Virus record (IMG/VR): IMGVR_UViG_3300026549_000029
Span: 32,001 to 96,000 of that record
Direction: 5' to 3' (one strand)
From: a virus
Lineage: Duplodnaviria > Caudoviricetes
DNA length: 64,000 nucleotides
This document shows, in pieces, positions 8,850 through 19,391 of this stretch. Below the pieces are notes generated by a model. It searched no databases. It was given only the letters and a program-made list of their open reading frames with translations, and had not been told where the DNA came from. The first letter of the stretch is position 1; every line of letters begins with the position of its first letter. The translations under genes and the position numbers were made by a program.

Positions 8850-9710
8850 ATGTTATTTTATTTATTTGAATCATCTTTAAATAATTTTAATCAATTATTA
8901 TTAGAAAAGAAAACTCAAGAACAATATTCTAGAGAATCATTTAAAAAGAAATATAATTTTAATCCTGATAAACCAGGAGCAGATACTGGTACTATTACTA
9001 AAGATGGTAAAACATATAGAATAGATATGAAAAAAGATAAAATTATAAATTATAATAATGAAAAAGTATTAAGAAATTTATCTGCTAATTCTGAAAGTGA
9101 AAAATCTACTATATATTTAGATGATAAATTTTTTAAACTTAAAGGATCTAATAAAGGTGAAAGAAAAGATGCTTTATTAAATCATGAAATAGGACATCAA
9201 AATTTACACAATATAAATTCAAATAATAAAACTGTAGATAAAAAGAATAGAACTGAAAAAGTATTTAAAACTGTTATAGATAATGAGCTTAAAGATAAAA
9301 ATATAAAATATGATCCAATAATAAAACATCTATACTATAAAAATAAAGGAATTGATAATTATAATAAATCTGGAACTTCTAATGCTTATGAAAAACAACA
9401 AAGAGATAAAAGTTTAGAAATAGCTAAAAAATATGAAAAGGACGAACCTCATTATAATGCTATAGAATATGAAGCAGATAGATATGCAGCCAATAAAACT
9501 TCAGAAAAAGCATTAAAAAGAGGACTTAGAAATTATCATAAATTATCTAATTCTAATAAAGCAATTAAACAATATAAAAAGATAACTAAAAATAATATAC
9601 CTACAGAACATATTAAAAAAGTTGAAAATAAATATTTTAATGATGAATTTAAAAATAGAACTAAAGTTTTAAAAGATAAAGATATGAAAAAATCTGATAT
9701 TTATAAATAA
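8850..9710 (+). CDS. HExxH zinc-metallopeptidase-like basic protein with cleavable-looking leader
   Basis: LLNHEIGHQ...EYEADRYA; N-terminus MLFYLFES...LLLE. Confidence 0.7.
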   Translation: MLFYLFESSLNNFNQLLLEKKTQEQYSRESFKKKYNFNPDKPGADTGTITKDGKTYRIDMKKDKIINYNNEKVLRNLSANSESEKSTIYLDDKFFKLKGSNKGERKDALLNHEIGHQNLHNINSNNKTVDKKNRTEKVFKTVIDNELKDKNIKYDPIIKHLYYKNKGIDNYNKSGTSNAYEKQQRDKSLEIAKKYEKDEPHYNAIEYEADRYAANKTSEKALKRGLRNYHKLSNSNKAIKQYKKITKNNIPTEHIKKVENKYFNDEFKNRTKVLKDKDMKKSDIYK

Positions 9711-9725
9711 TATTTGGTGAAAATT

Positions 9726-10007
9726 ATGGATAAGATAAAAAAAGATATATTAAATTCTTTATTTAATATTGGTATTATATATGAAACACCAATATTTCAT
9801 AGAACTATACTATATCCTTTTCATTTAGTAGATATTTCTATTGAAGATACTAAAGAATATATTTTAGAAAATAATAAAAATAATATGTCAGACAAAGAGA
9901 TTAATGAATTATCATATTGGTATAAAACAGAATTTGATAAAATTAAAAAAGAAACTATTGAAAAAGAAAATAAAAAATATTATAATTGTAAAAATAAAAA
10001 AAAATAA
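9726..10007 (+). CDS. hypothetical protein
   Basis: ORF 9714..10007, likely starting at the internal ATG. Confidence 0.5.
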   Translation: MDKIKKDILNSLFNIGIIYETPIFHRTILYPFHLVDISIEDTKEYILENNKNNMSDKEINELSYWYKTEFDKIKKETIEKENKKYYNCKNKKK

Positions 10008-10152
10008 AAAGAGATTTAGAAGGTAGAGAGCAATTCTCTACCTTTTTATTTTTATTTATTCTTAAACATTTAAATACTAATTTAAAAATGAAATTATACA
10101 TATATTATAATTATGATAATAAATATTTATATTATATAAGGAGGTTTTATAT

Positions 10153-11385
10153 ATGGGATTACTAGCTGATAGATTTAGAGCTTTAATTGCAAAAGAAAAA
10201 GATCCAAGAATGAATGAAGCAGATTCAGATATTTTATATTCTACAGGATTTCTTACATTAGATTTTTTAAATGGTTATAAAGCTTTTGTTAAGAAACCTA
10301 ATAATGAAGAATATTTTTATAATGCTGTAGGTTTTGTAGATGGTTCCAGTACCACATTCATCGGAAGGCCGTCGTCGGGCAAGACTACCATTGCGTTGCA
10401 AATAGCTGCGAATATTATTAGAAAATTTCCAAATGCAGTTATGTTTTATGATGATATTGAAGGTGGTTCTAATATAGCAAGAAGACAGATTCTTACTAGA
10501 TTTACATTAGAAGAAATGGATAATAGAATTATATATAGAAATAGTTCCGTTAGTGCAGAGAATTTTTATAAAAGAATTGCTATGATTTCTGATGAGAAAT
10601 TAAATCATAGAGATGAGTATGAATATAACACAGGTATTTTAGATTCTAAGGGAAAAGAAATTTATAAATTAATCCCTACTGTATATATTCTTGATTCTCT
10701 TGCTATGTTAACTCCTGAAAAGATTACTGAAGAAGAAGAGTTATCTGGACAGATGAGTACTACTGCTGCAGCTAAAACTAATACAGCAGTATTCAAAAGA
10801 ATAGTTCCTAAACTTAAAGCAGCAAATATTATATTATTTGTAATTAATCATATTAATGATAAGATTGAAATTAATGCTTTTACACATACTAAATCACAGG
10901 TAGGTTATTTAAAACAGAATGAAACATTGCCTGGTGGTAAAGCAGCATTATATTTAGCAAATAATATGATAAGAGTAGATGATGGTGCAGTACTTAAACC
11001 TGAGAAAGATCTTGGAGTGTCAGGAAAGATAGTAGATTTTACTTATATTAAATCTAGAACAAATGCTTCTGGTAGATCTATCCCTATGGTATTTACATAT
11101 GATAATGGATTTGATAATATGCTTTCATTATTTATGTTTCTTAAGTCAAATGGGGCTATAGAGATGAAAGGAGCATATTGTAGTCTTAGAGGATATCCTG
11201 ATATGAGATTTACTCAGAAAGGATTTAAAGATAAATTGCTTAATGACAGTGAATTTTCTCAGGCATTTTTAAATGTTGCTAAAGAAGAATTAGAAACTTT
11301 ATTAGCAAAGCCTATTGATAATTTACAGATCGATAATAATAGTTCTTTTGATAATTTATCTAATTCTTTATTAGGATTGAATTGA
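10153..11385 (+). CDS. recA: RecA/UvsX-like recombinase
   Basis: STGFLTLD, Walker A GRPSSGKTT, YDDIEG, ILDSLA, LFVINHI, PGGKA. Confidence 0.92.
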   Translation: MGLLADRFRALIAKEKDPRMNEADSDILYSTGFLTLDFLNGYKAFVKKPNNEEYFYNAVGFVDGSSTTFIGRPSSGKTTIALQIAANIIRKFPNAVMFYDDIEGGSNIARRQILTRFTLEEMDNRIIYRNSSVSAENFYKRIAMISDEKLNHRDEYEYNTGILDSKGKEIYKLIPTVYILDSLAMLTPEKITEEEELSGQMSTTAAAKTNTAVFKRIVPKLKAANIILFVINHINDKIEINAFTHTKSQVGYLKQNETLPGGKAALYLANNMIRVDDGAVLKPEKDLGVSGKIVDFTYIKSRTNASGRSIPMVFTYDNGFDNMLSLFMFLKSNGAIEMKGAYCSLRGYPDMRFTQKGFKDKLLNDSEFSQAFLNVAKEELETLLAKPIDNLQIDNNSSFDNLSNSLLGLN

Positions 11386-11405
11386 TAAAATAAGGAGTTT
11401 ATTAT

Positions 11406-11849
11406 ATGAATAAAGAGAAAATATTTAGATTCTTTGCAATATCTTTTTTGATATATGCTTTAATGTATTACTATTGTGATGTAGTAAAAGCTGAAGAAAT
11501 TCTCTGCAATCCTCCTCTTATAACAGCAGAGGATTCTTATATAGGTAATTCTCATATAAGTCAAAAAGAAAATATAGAAGAAATTGTTCCTCTATATACT
11601 TTATATTCTCAGCCATTTTCTGAAGATTTATATAATACATATCAAGTTATAACTACAACTGAACTTAATGTGAGAAAAGGTCCTGGAGTAAAATATGATA
11701 TTTATACATCTATTCCAGAAAATGAACCAGTAGATATTATTATAGAGGAATATCCAGAAACTGGATGGATAAAAGTCTGGGTAGATTGTGGAGAATATTT
11801 TGTTTATACAAAATATTTGAAAGTAATAAAAAGGAATATATATGAATGA
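11406..11849 (+). CDS. exported SH3b-domain protein
   Basis: N-terminal signal or TM segment; TELNVRKGPG..Y.I...GWIKV. Confidence 0.8.
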   Translation: MNKEKIFRFFAISFLIYALMYYYCDVVKAEEILCNPPLITAEDSYIGNSHISQKENIEEIVPLYTLYSQPFSEDLYNTYQVITTTELNVRKGPGVKYDIYTSIPENEPVDIIIEEYPETGWIKVWVDCGEYFVYTKYLKVIKRNIYE

Positions 11850-12409
11850 TACATTTTATTATTGATATGATAATGATTTTTATAATAAGTATTTTTGTTT
11901 TAGGACATGCATTTATAATATCATTATTAATAATAGATGCTATTGAAAAACATAAAAAGAAAAAACAAAAAGAAATAGAATATAAAAGAAAACATAGTGG
12001 TTATTATAAAATAATGGCTCCAAGATTAGATTTAATTGATAAACCTGCATATAAATATAATTATGATTCATATCCTGAATTATATTATACTTATGGAATT
12101 GGTTTTACTTATAAAGGAACACAGCCATATCGTAAAAAAGGAACAAGTTTTGAACTTCTTCCTTCAGCAGGATGTAGTTTTGTAGAAATGACTCAGGATG
12201 AATATGATGAATTTGAAATTAAATATAGAATAGATCCCGATCTCATAAAGGTTGATTGTATATCTGCACCTAATTCTACTAAATTATCCAGTATAAAACT
12301 AATAGAAGATATATTAAAATTACCCGAAAAGAAATATGATGAATTTTTAGCTAAATATCGTATTACTTATCAGGATTTAGATATAGCTTATAAAAAATTA
12401 ATAAAATGA
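11846..12409 (+). CDS. membrane-anchored hypothetical protein
   Basis: Hydrophobic N-terminal 30 aa followed by a basic stretch. Confidence 0.65.
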   Translation: MIHFIIDMIMIFIISIFVLGHAFIISLLIIDAIEKHKKKKQKEIEYKRKHSGYYKIMAPRLDLIDKPAYKYNYDSYPELYYTYGIGFTYKGTQPYRKKGTSFELLPSAGCSFVEMTQDEYDEFEIKYRIDPDLIKVDCISAPNSTKLSSIKLIEDILKLPEKKYDEFLAKYRITYQDLDIAYKKLIK

Positions 12410-12509
12410 AGAGGATAATTTATCCTCTTCATTTATTTTTTACAAAAATAAAAAAGATATTATAATAATGAAACTGTAAAAATATTTTTATTTAAAAGGA
12501 GAAATAGAA

Positions 12510-13517
12510 ATGAAGGTTAAAAAGTATTATAGTAAAGATGTTACCAGAAATATTGAAGATATATTGAGTGGTGTAGAAGAAGAAAATATATCTTTAGATA
12601 TTCCTATCCAAAGAAGATTCATTTGGACACTTGATCAAATGTGTTTATTTATTCATTCATTAATTATAGGTTTTATTCCATATATGTTATTTGCTGTAAC
12701 TGTAAATGATATAGATTATATTATAGATGGAAAACAGAGATTAAGTACTATATTAAAATTTTGTAATAATGAATTTTGCTTTCCTGCTACTAGTGATTTA
12801 TCTGTAGAATATACATATGGAAAAGCAAAAGAAAAGAAAGAAATTTATTTAAGAAATATGTATTTTAAAGATTTACCAGAAAAATTAAAACGTAATATTC
12901 GTCATAATTTAGTAATTTATATTACATATAATAGATTATCTGAGGATGATATCTGTAATCTTTTTAAAAGAATAAATAATGGTACAGGATTTGGTGCTAT
13001 TGATGAAACTAGACTTTTATCATATATAAATAATCCAGAAATGTTAGAAGCTCTTACAAATCTTTGTGATGAAAATGAAGAATTTTTTAAAACATTTATG
13101 TCAGAGAAAAGTCTTATGTCATCTGAAGATATTATTCAAATTATTAGAGCAATTATTATGCTCAAAGAAAATTATGATACAGATATTGATATGCGTATAA
13201 TAAATAGAGAAATTGTTAATATTACAGTTGATGATATTAATGATATTTCTGTTCTTATTAAACGATTAAGAGTAGCAAATAAATTTAATCATAATAGTAT
13301 AGCAAAAAACTTTTCTTATATTTTAGCATTATCTCTTGAAATTAAAGATAAAAATATTGAAGCATATTGTACTGATATTAATAAATATTTCAGTAGCGAT
13401 AATAAAGAGAAAATAACTGATACTTTTAATAAATTTAAATCTTGGACAAATAAAAGTAAAGTAGTGCTTCATAGATATAATATATTAAAAAATGAATATT
13501 TAAAATATATTATATAA
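12510..13517 (+). CDS. DUF262 (ParB/GmrS-like) domain protein
   Basis: PIQRRFIW, FIHSL, IIDGKQRLST, LFKRINNG. Confidence 0.85.
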   Translation: MKVKKYYSKDVTRNIEDILSGVEEENISLDIPIQRRFIWTLDQMCLFIHSLIIGFIPYMLFAVTVNDIDYIIDGKQRLSTILKFCNNEFCFPATSDLSVEYTYGKAKEKKEIYLRNMYFKDLPEKLKRNIRHNLVIYITYNRLSEDDICNLFKRINNGTGFGAIDETRLLSYINNPEMLEALTNLCDENEEFFKTFMSEKSLMSSEDIIQIIRAIIMLKENYDTDIDMRIINREIVNITVDDINDISVLIKRLRVANKFNHNSIAKNFSYILALSLEIKDKNIEAYCTDINKYFSSDNKEKITDTFNKFKSWTNKSKVVLHRYNILKNEYLKYII

Positions 13518-13626
13518 AATAATATATTATATTAAATAAAGAGAGACATAGAAATGGCTCTCTTTATTTTTTATCAAAACTCATTAATAATAATATTAAA
13601 TAGCTGTATAAGGATGGCTAGAAAAT

Positions 13627-14028
13627 ATGAGAATATTATTAGTTGAAGATGTTGAAATTTCTAGAATGGTAACAGAAAATATATTAAGACAATTTTCTGA
13701 AGTTACATTTATAGATAATGCTAAAAATGGTTTTGAAGCTATTAAGAAAACTTTAGATTTGTATAAAAAAGGTAAAAAATATGATGTCATATTTATGGAT
13801 ATTATAATGCCTATTACTAGTGGATATCAAGCATTAGAGAGTATTAGAAAATATGAAAAAGATAATTATATTGAAGAAAATAATAGAAGTAAAATTGTAA
13901 TATTAAGCTCTCTTAATACTAAAGAAGAAATAGAAAATGGATTAAGAATGGGTGCTAATAAAGTTTTTATAAAACCTATAAATTATGAAGATATAAAATC
14001 TTTATTTAAAGAATGGAATATGATATAA
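13627..14028 (+). CDS. single-domain response regulator (CheY-like receiver)
   Basis: ILLVED, YDVIFMDIIMP..SG, IVILSS, GA..F.IKP. Confidence 0.92.
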   Translation: MRILLVEDVEISRMVTENILRQFSEVTFIDNAKNGFEAIKKTLDLYKKGKKYDVIFMDIIMPITSGYQALESIRKYEKDNYIEENNRSKIVILSSLNTKEEIENGLRMGANKVFIKPINYEDIKSLFKEWNMI

Positions 14029-14133
14029 GAAGAGGAGAAATCCTCTTCTTATTTTTATTTTTTTTTCAATATTATTGTATTCTTCAACTTTTTATTAATT
14101 AAGCAATATCCAATAATATGGAGGATTAATAAA

Positions 14134-15027
14134 ATGCCTGATAATAAAATTGGTTACATCATAAATGAATCTGGATATCAAATGGAATATATTAATACTA
14201 CTCCCACTTCTAATATTAAAAATCATAAATTCTATAATCCTGATAGAATTGCTGGTTATGGTATTCTTCAGACTGGTGGTATTAAGAATAGAAATGGAAG
14301 AATCTATAGAACAGAAGATCTTGATAGAGAAATTCATGCTCCTAGACAAAGAGAATTATTAGGTACTGGTACTATGTTAGGACATTTATCCCATCCTGTA
14401 AGTGGAGATCTTGTTGTACAACAGACTATTGATCCTAAACTCTGTTGTGTAAGATTTCTTGATCTTTGGATGGATGGAGATAATGTAATGGGATCTTTCC
14501 AAGGTACTAATAATGAATATGGAGAGATGTTTGATAAAGATCTTAGGATTGGAGTTAGACCTGCATTCTCTCTTAGGGCTCTTGGTACTATAAGAGCTAC
14601 CCCTGAAGGAGCAGTTGTTGAGAATTTAAAAATGATTACATATGATGCGGTGGTATATCCATCTAATCCCGGTGCATATATGTGCGGTGTAATATCAGAA
14701 TCTGCAAATTTAATGGATGCTCCTATTTCTAATTTTAAACTTACTAATGCTAATGATGCTACTAAGTCTGCTATTTATCCTTTTACTAATGATGATGTAG
14801 TATCTGCTATGAAAGCTCAGCATACTAATGAATCTGCTATAGCTTTTGATATAATTAAAAATAAATCTTTTAATTATCAATTACTTAAAGAAGCTTTTGA
14901 TATGACAAAGATTAATATGGTAGATCTTATTTCTCCTAATAAAATTGCTCTTACAGAATCTGGTAAATCTACAATTGTGATGAATATTGAAGATTATATT
15001 GCTAAAGAGCTTCAAAATTATAAATAA
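14134..15027 (+). CDS. prohead maturation protease (T4 gp21-like)
   Basis: NRNGRIY, GHLSHP, FSLRALG, TYDAV.YPS. Confidence 0.9.
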   Translation: MPDNKIGYIINESGYQMEYINTTPTSNIKNHKFYNPDRIAGYGILQTGGIKNRNGRIYRTEDLDREIHAPRQRELLGTGTMLGHLSHPVSGDLVVQQTIDPKLCCVRFLDLWMDGDNVMGSFQGTNNEYGEMFDKDLRIGVRPAFSLRALGTIRATPEGAVVENLKMITYDAVVYPSNPGAYMCGVISESANLMDAPISNFKLTNANDATKSAIYPFTNDDVVSAMKAQHTNESAIAFDIIKNKSFNYQLLKEAFDMTKINMVDLISPNKIALTESGKSTIVMNIEDYIAKELQNYK

Positions 15028-15058
15028 TATTGTTAATTACCACCTTAGGAGGTGTATT

Positions 15059-15772
15059 ATGTTTATTATCGATTTCTTCAAGAGATTATTTGGATTAAAT
15101 AAGAAGGAAGAAAATAATGCAAATAATAAAATAGAAACTATAGAGGGAAATACTATTCCTAATATAGAAAAAGAAGATATATTAGTATCCTCTGTAAATT
15201 TAAATAAAGAAGAAATTTCTAATAAAAATGATGACAATTCAAATATTCTTGTAAATTCTGTATCTCACTCTCCTGAATATAATGATGAGCATAATAATTA
15301 TTGGGAAAATTCTACAGAAGAGAAAGAGTCTGATTCTATATCTACAGAAGCTATACAAAATTTTGTAGATAATCCAGTAGATGAAGAAAAGGAAGAAAAT
15401 TTAGAAGAATATGAAGAGATTCCTGATGATCCTTACTCTTATTATCTTGATCCTATTTTTTCTGCTGATTTAATTGTTGGTATTAAAAATATTTTACGTC
15501 CTATAGTTAGATCTTATAATTATGAGAAAAAAGATACTTATGCTGCTTGTACTACATCTATTAAAACTCTTAAATGTTTTATTACAGTAGCACAAGATTC
15601 TGAATTATTAATATTTAGACCTACACAATCAGATACTTATAATAATAGCATTGCTATTTTTGTAAGAGGATTTATTTATAATGATTTTAAATCTGCTTTA
15701 ATTAAGAATAAATTTACAGGTTTATTGCTTGATTGCTATGGTGGTAAAATCTTTATTCGAAAGAAAATTTAA
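15059..15772 (+). CDS. hypothetical protein with acidic linker
   Basis: GGAGG RBS before MFIIDFFKRLFG (amphipathic N-terminus). Confidence 0.65.
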   Translation: MFIIDFFKRLFGLNKKEENNANNKIETIEGNTIPNIEKEDILVSSVNLNKEEISNKNDDNSNILVNSVSHSPEYNDEHNNYWENSTEEKESDSISTEAIQNFVDNPVDEEKEENLEEYEEIPDDPYSYYLDPIFSADLIVGIKNILRPIVRSYNYEKKDTYAACTTSIKTLKCFITVAQDSELLIFRPTQSDTYNNSIAIFVRGFIYNDFKSALIKNKFTGLLLDCYGGKIFIRKKI

Positions 15773-15808
15773 ATTACCAATCAAAAGAAAGGGTTGGTGA
15801 AATAATAT

Positions 15809-16585
15809 ATGGCTGGTTATCAGAATAATATGTCAAAATTAATTGACAAAATAGAATGGAGACTTGGTTTAATCCCATTAACTAAGCATTTACCAGAGGA
15901 GTTCGGTAAGAATGCTTGGGCAACTGTCATAAAAGAGGATTCTCTTTTAACATATTCAAGATATGTACCAAGAAGATTTTCTTTCAAAGTTACTCCACAG
16001 ACTGCTCCTAAGAAAGGACCGTGGTACTATATAGATGAAGACTATGTTGGATCTCAATCTATATTAGGAGTAGGAGATATTGACTGGACTAAATTTGGAA
16101 ATAGATCAATTGGATTGGCACAGACTTTTGGATATGGTACAATAGATGCTGGACTTGCTGCTAATTATACTATTGATGATATTATGGGAATGAAACAAAG
16201 AGCAGACTATGCTTCTATGTTTTCTAATCAAATTATTCCAGAATTCGAAGCTCCTAATAAGATAAGATTAGTAGCAGCAGGAAATTATGATGTTAATATT
16301 GGTGAATTTAATATTATACTATTTCTTAAACATCTTGATTCTTTAACTAGTATTCCTGCAACAGCAATGGAAAAATTTGAGCAATTAGCTCAAGCTGATG
16401 TGGCAGGCTTTCTTGTAAATAATTTAAAGTACTGGGATGGATTCGAAACAGTATTTTCTACTATAGACTTAAAGATGAGCAATCTAGAAAGTGAATATGG
16501 AAAAAGAGAATCTATTATAGATTATCTTGAACAGAATTATGTATCTGCTAATAATAGAGCTATTCCATTAATAATGACAATATAA
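15809..16585 (+). CDS. probable neck or head-completion protein
   Basis: KIEWRLG N-terminus and size reminiscent of gp13-like neck proteins; located in head module. Confidence 0.45.
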   Translation: MAGYQNNMSKLIDKIEWRLGLIPLTKHLPEEFGKNAWATVIKEDSLLTYSRYVPRRFSFKVTPQTAPKKGPWYYIDEDYVGSQSILGVGDIDWTKFGNRSIGLAQTFGYGTIDAGLAANYTIDDIMGMKQRADYASMFSNQIIPEFEAPNKIRLVAAGNYDVNIGEFNIILFLKHLDSLTSIPATAMEKFEQLAQADVAGFLVNNLKYWDGFETVFSTIDLKMSNLESEYGKRESIIDYLEQNYVSANNRAIPLIMTI

Positions 16586-16596
16586 GAGGTATTATT

Positions 16597-17562
16597 ATGG
16601 CCGGATTAATTAAATTTAATTCTGATAATTCAATTGATACTACTAATCTTTCTGAATCAGGATTAAATGAAGAATATAGAAAAATCAAAGCAGTAGTAGA
16701 ATCTAAAGATTGGAAAGCTGCTGTAAGAGAGAATTTTAGTGAAGATTATGATCAAGTACTTCTTAAAGAAGATTTTAGTGTAATTGCAATGGGAGTTTTT
16801 GCCATTGGTATTGTTATTGCTAAAATTATCTCTTGGCTTAAAGGTAAATATTCTCTTACTGTTAAGAAGCTTCTTACTCAATCTAAAGAGCTTAATGATA
16901 TTTATACTAAAGTAAATGCTCTTCTTGCTAATGATAAGATGGCTAGATTCAGACATAGAAATGATAGAATCAATGCTGAAGTTCATTCTATTGTTATGAT
17001 TGATAAGAAGACTGGTACTGCATATAAATTATATATTGATAATCTTATATACAATGCTGATGCTTGTATTACTAGACTTAATGAAATTATAAGATATTCA
17101 TCTACTAAAGCAACTCCAGAAGAGAAAGTTAAAACTCTCAATAATATGGTTGATAATCTTATTGCAGAAGTAGATGAATCTATGATGAAATATCATGGAT
17201 TTGTTCTTACTTGTGATCCTTTTATGAAGATTACTAAGTTTACTAATCAGAGATTAGAAGATGTCTTAATGGCTTATAAAGATTGGATTGAATTTATTTA
17301 TACTGCTACTAATAGTATTAATAATAATATTACTGCTCAGCTTCAATATTTCCAGTTATTAGAAACAGCTTATAAGAAGATGTCTGTTGAGTATAGTAAA
17401 GATAAAGATGCTAAAGAAGTAGTAGATAAATTATTTAAATATTTAATTAAGAATGCTACAGCATCTATGGATTTTAATACAAGAGCTATGGTTATTTTTA
17501 ATGATATGATTAAGTACTATTCTGAAGAACTGCATAAGATCTATGATATCATTAGATCTTAA
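16597..17562 (+). CDS. putative protease-processed internal head/ejection protein
   Basis: Several [LI]xE sites (LSE, LNE, LKE), then a hydrophobic helix and IAKIISWLK; helical body. Confidence 0.55.
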   Translation: MAGLIKFNSDNSIDTTNLSESGLNEEYRKIKAVVESKDWKAAVRENFSEDYDQVLLKEDFSVIAMGVFAIGIVIAKIISWLKGKYSLTVKKLLTQSKELNDIYTKVNALLANDKMARFRHRNDRINAEVHSIVMIDKKTGTAYKLYIDNLIYNADACITRLNEIIRYSSTKATPEEKVKTLNNMVDNLIAEVDESMMKYHGFVLTCDPFMKITKFTNQRLEDVLMAYKDWIEFIYTATNSINNNITAQLQYFQLLETAYKKMSVEYSKDKDAKEVVDKLFKYLIKNATASMDFNTRAMVIFNDMIKYYSEELHKIYDIIRS

Positions 17563-17582
17563 TATAAACTGGAGGTTAAATT

Positions 17583-17720
17583 ATGAAGAATAAAGACCTT
17601 GAATTTGGAGTTATTACAGAACAGGGAGATCTTGGATTAGGTTTTAATGTTCTTAATGAATCTGATCAAGAAGTAATGAGACGTAATAAAGAAAAAGAAG
17701 ATAAAGAAAAGAATAAATAA
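17583..17720 (+). CDS. 45-aa peptide (not in ORF track)
   Basis: GGAGG RBS; MKNKDLEFGVITE...VLNESDQ... Confidence 0.6.
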   Translation: MKNKDLEFGVITEQGDLGLGFNVLNESDQEVMRRNKEKEDKEKNK

Positions 17721-17841
17721 TTATATACCCAGCAAGATATTTCTTGCTGGGTGATTTTATTTTAAAAAGTTAATATTTTTAATTATATGATATAAACTTG
17801 AATAGAAAGAGTAAATAATAATTTTTGGAGGTATAAATAAT

Positions 17842-18333
17842 ATGAAGAAAATTATTGATATTGGGTTTGTAGGATATGGTAACTATGTAACTGATGATGC
17901 AATTTTTAAGCCGTTGCCTCATAATTATAAGCATGGACTCAAGACCCCCATTGTTCTTGTAAACAACATTTCTGATGTGCATCGTAAGTCATATGATGCC
18001 ATTAGAAATAGGGATGGCTATGATGTTCTTGAAGAATGTCATAGTTCTGGTCTTTTGACCAGAAAAATTGGAACTCTGGATTTCTATAATGAGATTTCAG
18101 GATTCCTGCATGTGAATGTAACATTTGGCCATAGCTTGTATGATGCATCTTCAGGAATTTGCTGTATTCCTGAAGATCTGGATGTTAAGTCGATCCCGAA
18201 GTATCATGAAAGCAAGAACAGTTTTCCTGGATGCGTTGGGGCTATCATTATTGATAGTAATTTTGACGTATATATCTGTTATGGATTTGAAAAGTCTGAT
18301 GGAGGTATGGATATTTACTTTGATTGGACTTAA
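17842..18333 (+). CDS. hypothetical protein
   Basis: GGAGG RBS; flanked by terminators. Confidence 0.7.
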   Translation: MKKIIDIGFVGYGNYVTDDAIFKPLPHNYKHGLKTPIVLVNNISDVHRKSYDAIRNRDGYDVLEECHSSGLLTRKIGTLDFYNEISGFLHVNVTFGHSLYDASSGICCIPEDLDVKSIPKYHESKNSFPGCVGAIIIDSNFDVYICYGFEKSDGGMDIYFDWT

Positions 18334-18434
18334 AAATAAAGAGGCATTTAAGCCTCTTTATTTTTTTTCTACATTTCTTTTCTCTCAAAACTTTATATTA
18401 ATAATCCAAATATATTTGTGGAGGATATTCTACA

Positions 18435-19388
18435 ATGGCTGATAATAAAAAGTACATGGCCAGAGTACCAATTATTCCTGATGATTTCGAGAATAAAGAT
18501 GAACATAAAAATCATGAACTAGTAATGGATTTTATAGAGAATGATATTTATGTTAAAGAAGGTTCTGGTTATGTTTCTATTACAGGACAAATCAAAGAAG
18601 AAATTAAAAGTATTCAAGATGGTTCTGTAGTTGTTCATATTGTTACGGAAAGTACATTACCAGCACTTAAAGATAGACCTGAAAATCATTGGTACTATGT
18701 AATTACTAGTTCTGAGACTGTAAAATCTGGTGCTGTTGGTTTAGCTAATTATGTTTATTATGGTCTTATTGATACTACTGCTACAGATAGACTATATCAG
18801 TATATTCTTGTAGCTCAGAATATGATAGAGGATTCTTCTACTGTAAAGATTACTATAAGACCTGGATATAAAGCAGCTTTTTATGTTCCTATTAATATGA
18901 GTGCTACATTTGTTAATGAAGATACTGGAGCTGTTATTAATTATTCTATAGAAGATAGATTATATGCAATTAATAATGCTGATGGGTCTTATGTAGCTTA
19001 TGATGTTTATATTCTTAATCTTATAGATGAAGGTGAATATAATGTAACAATAGACTTAACAGGTTCAGATTATTATAATATTCACTTTGATACTAATATT
19101 TCTGTTGGTGGATTAGAATTACCTGAAGATATTAAAATCAGAATTGGAAGTTCTATTGGTAATGCTTTGCCAGATGAACCTAATAAAACTGATGCTAGAT
19201 ATACATTTGTTGGTTGGTCAACAAATAAAATAGCTCAATTAATTATAGATGGTTCATATGTTCCTGAAGGAAATATTACTTTATATGCATTTTATGTATA
19301 TGAATCTGATCCTTCTTTGTTATCATATTATTCTACTTATGAATCCACTACTGGTGATGACAGTAGTGATAATGGTGAGGGGGAATAA
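18435..19388 (+). CDS. virion protein with C-terminal InlB B-repeat (Flg_new)
   Basis: Y.I.FDTN...P...K...YTFVGW...GNITLYA. Confidence 0.65.
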   Translation: MADNKKYMARVPIIPDDFENKDEHKNHELVMDFIENDIYVKEGSGYVSITGQIKEEIKSIQDGSVVVHIVTESTLPALKDRPENHWYYVITSSETVKSGAVGLANYVYYGLIDTTATDRLYQYILVAQNMIEDSSTVKITIRPGYKAAFYVPINMSATFVNEDTGAVINYSIEDRLYAINNADGSYVAYDVYILNLIDEGEYNVTIDLTGSDYYNIHFDTNISVGGLELPEDIKIRIGSSIGNALPDEPNKTDARYTFVGWSTNKIAQLIIDGSYVPEGNITLYAFYVYESDPSLLSYYSTYESTTGDDSSDNGEGE

Positions 19389-19391
19389 GAT

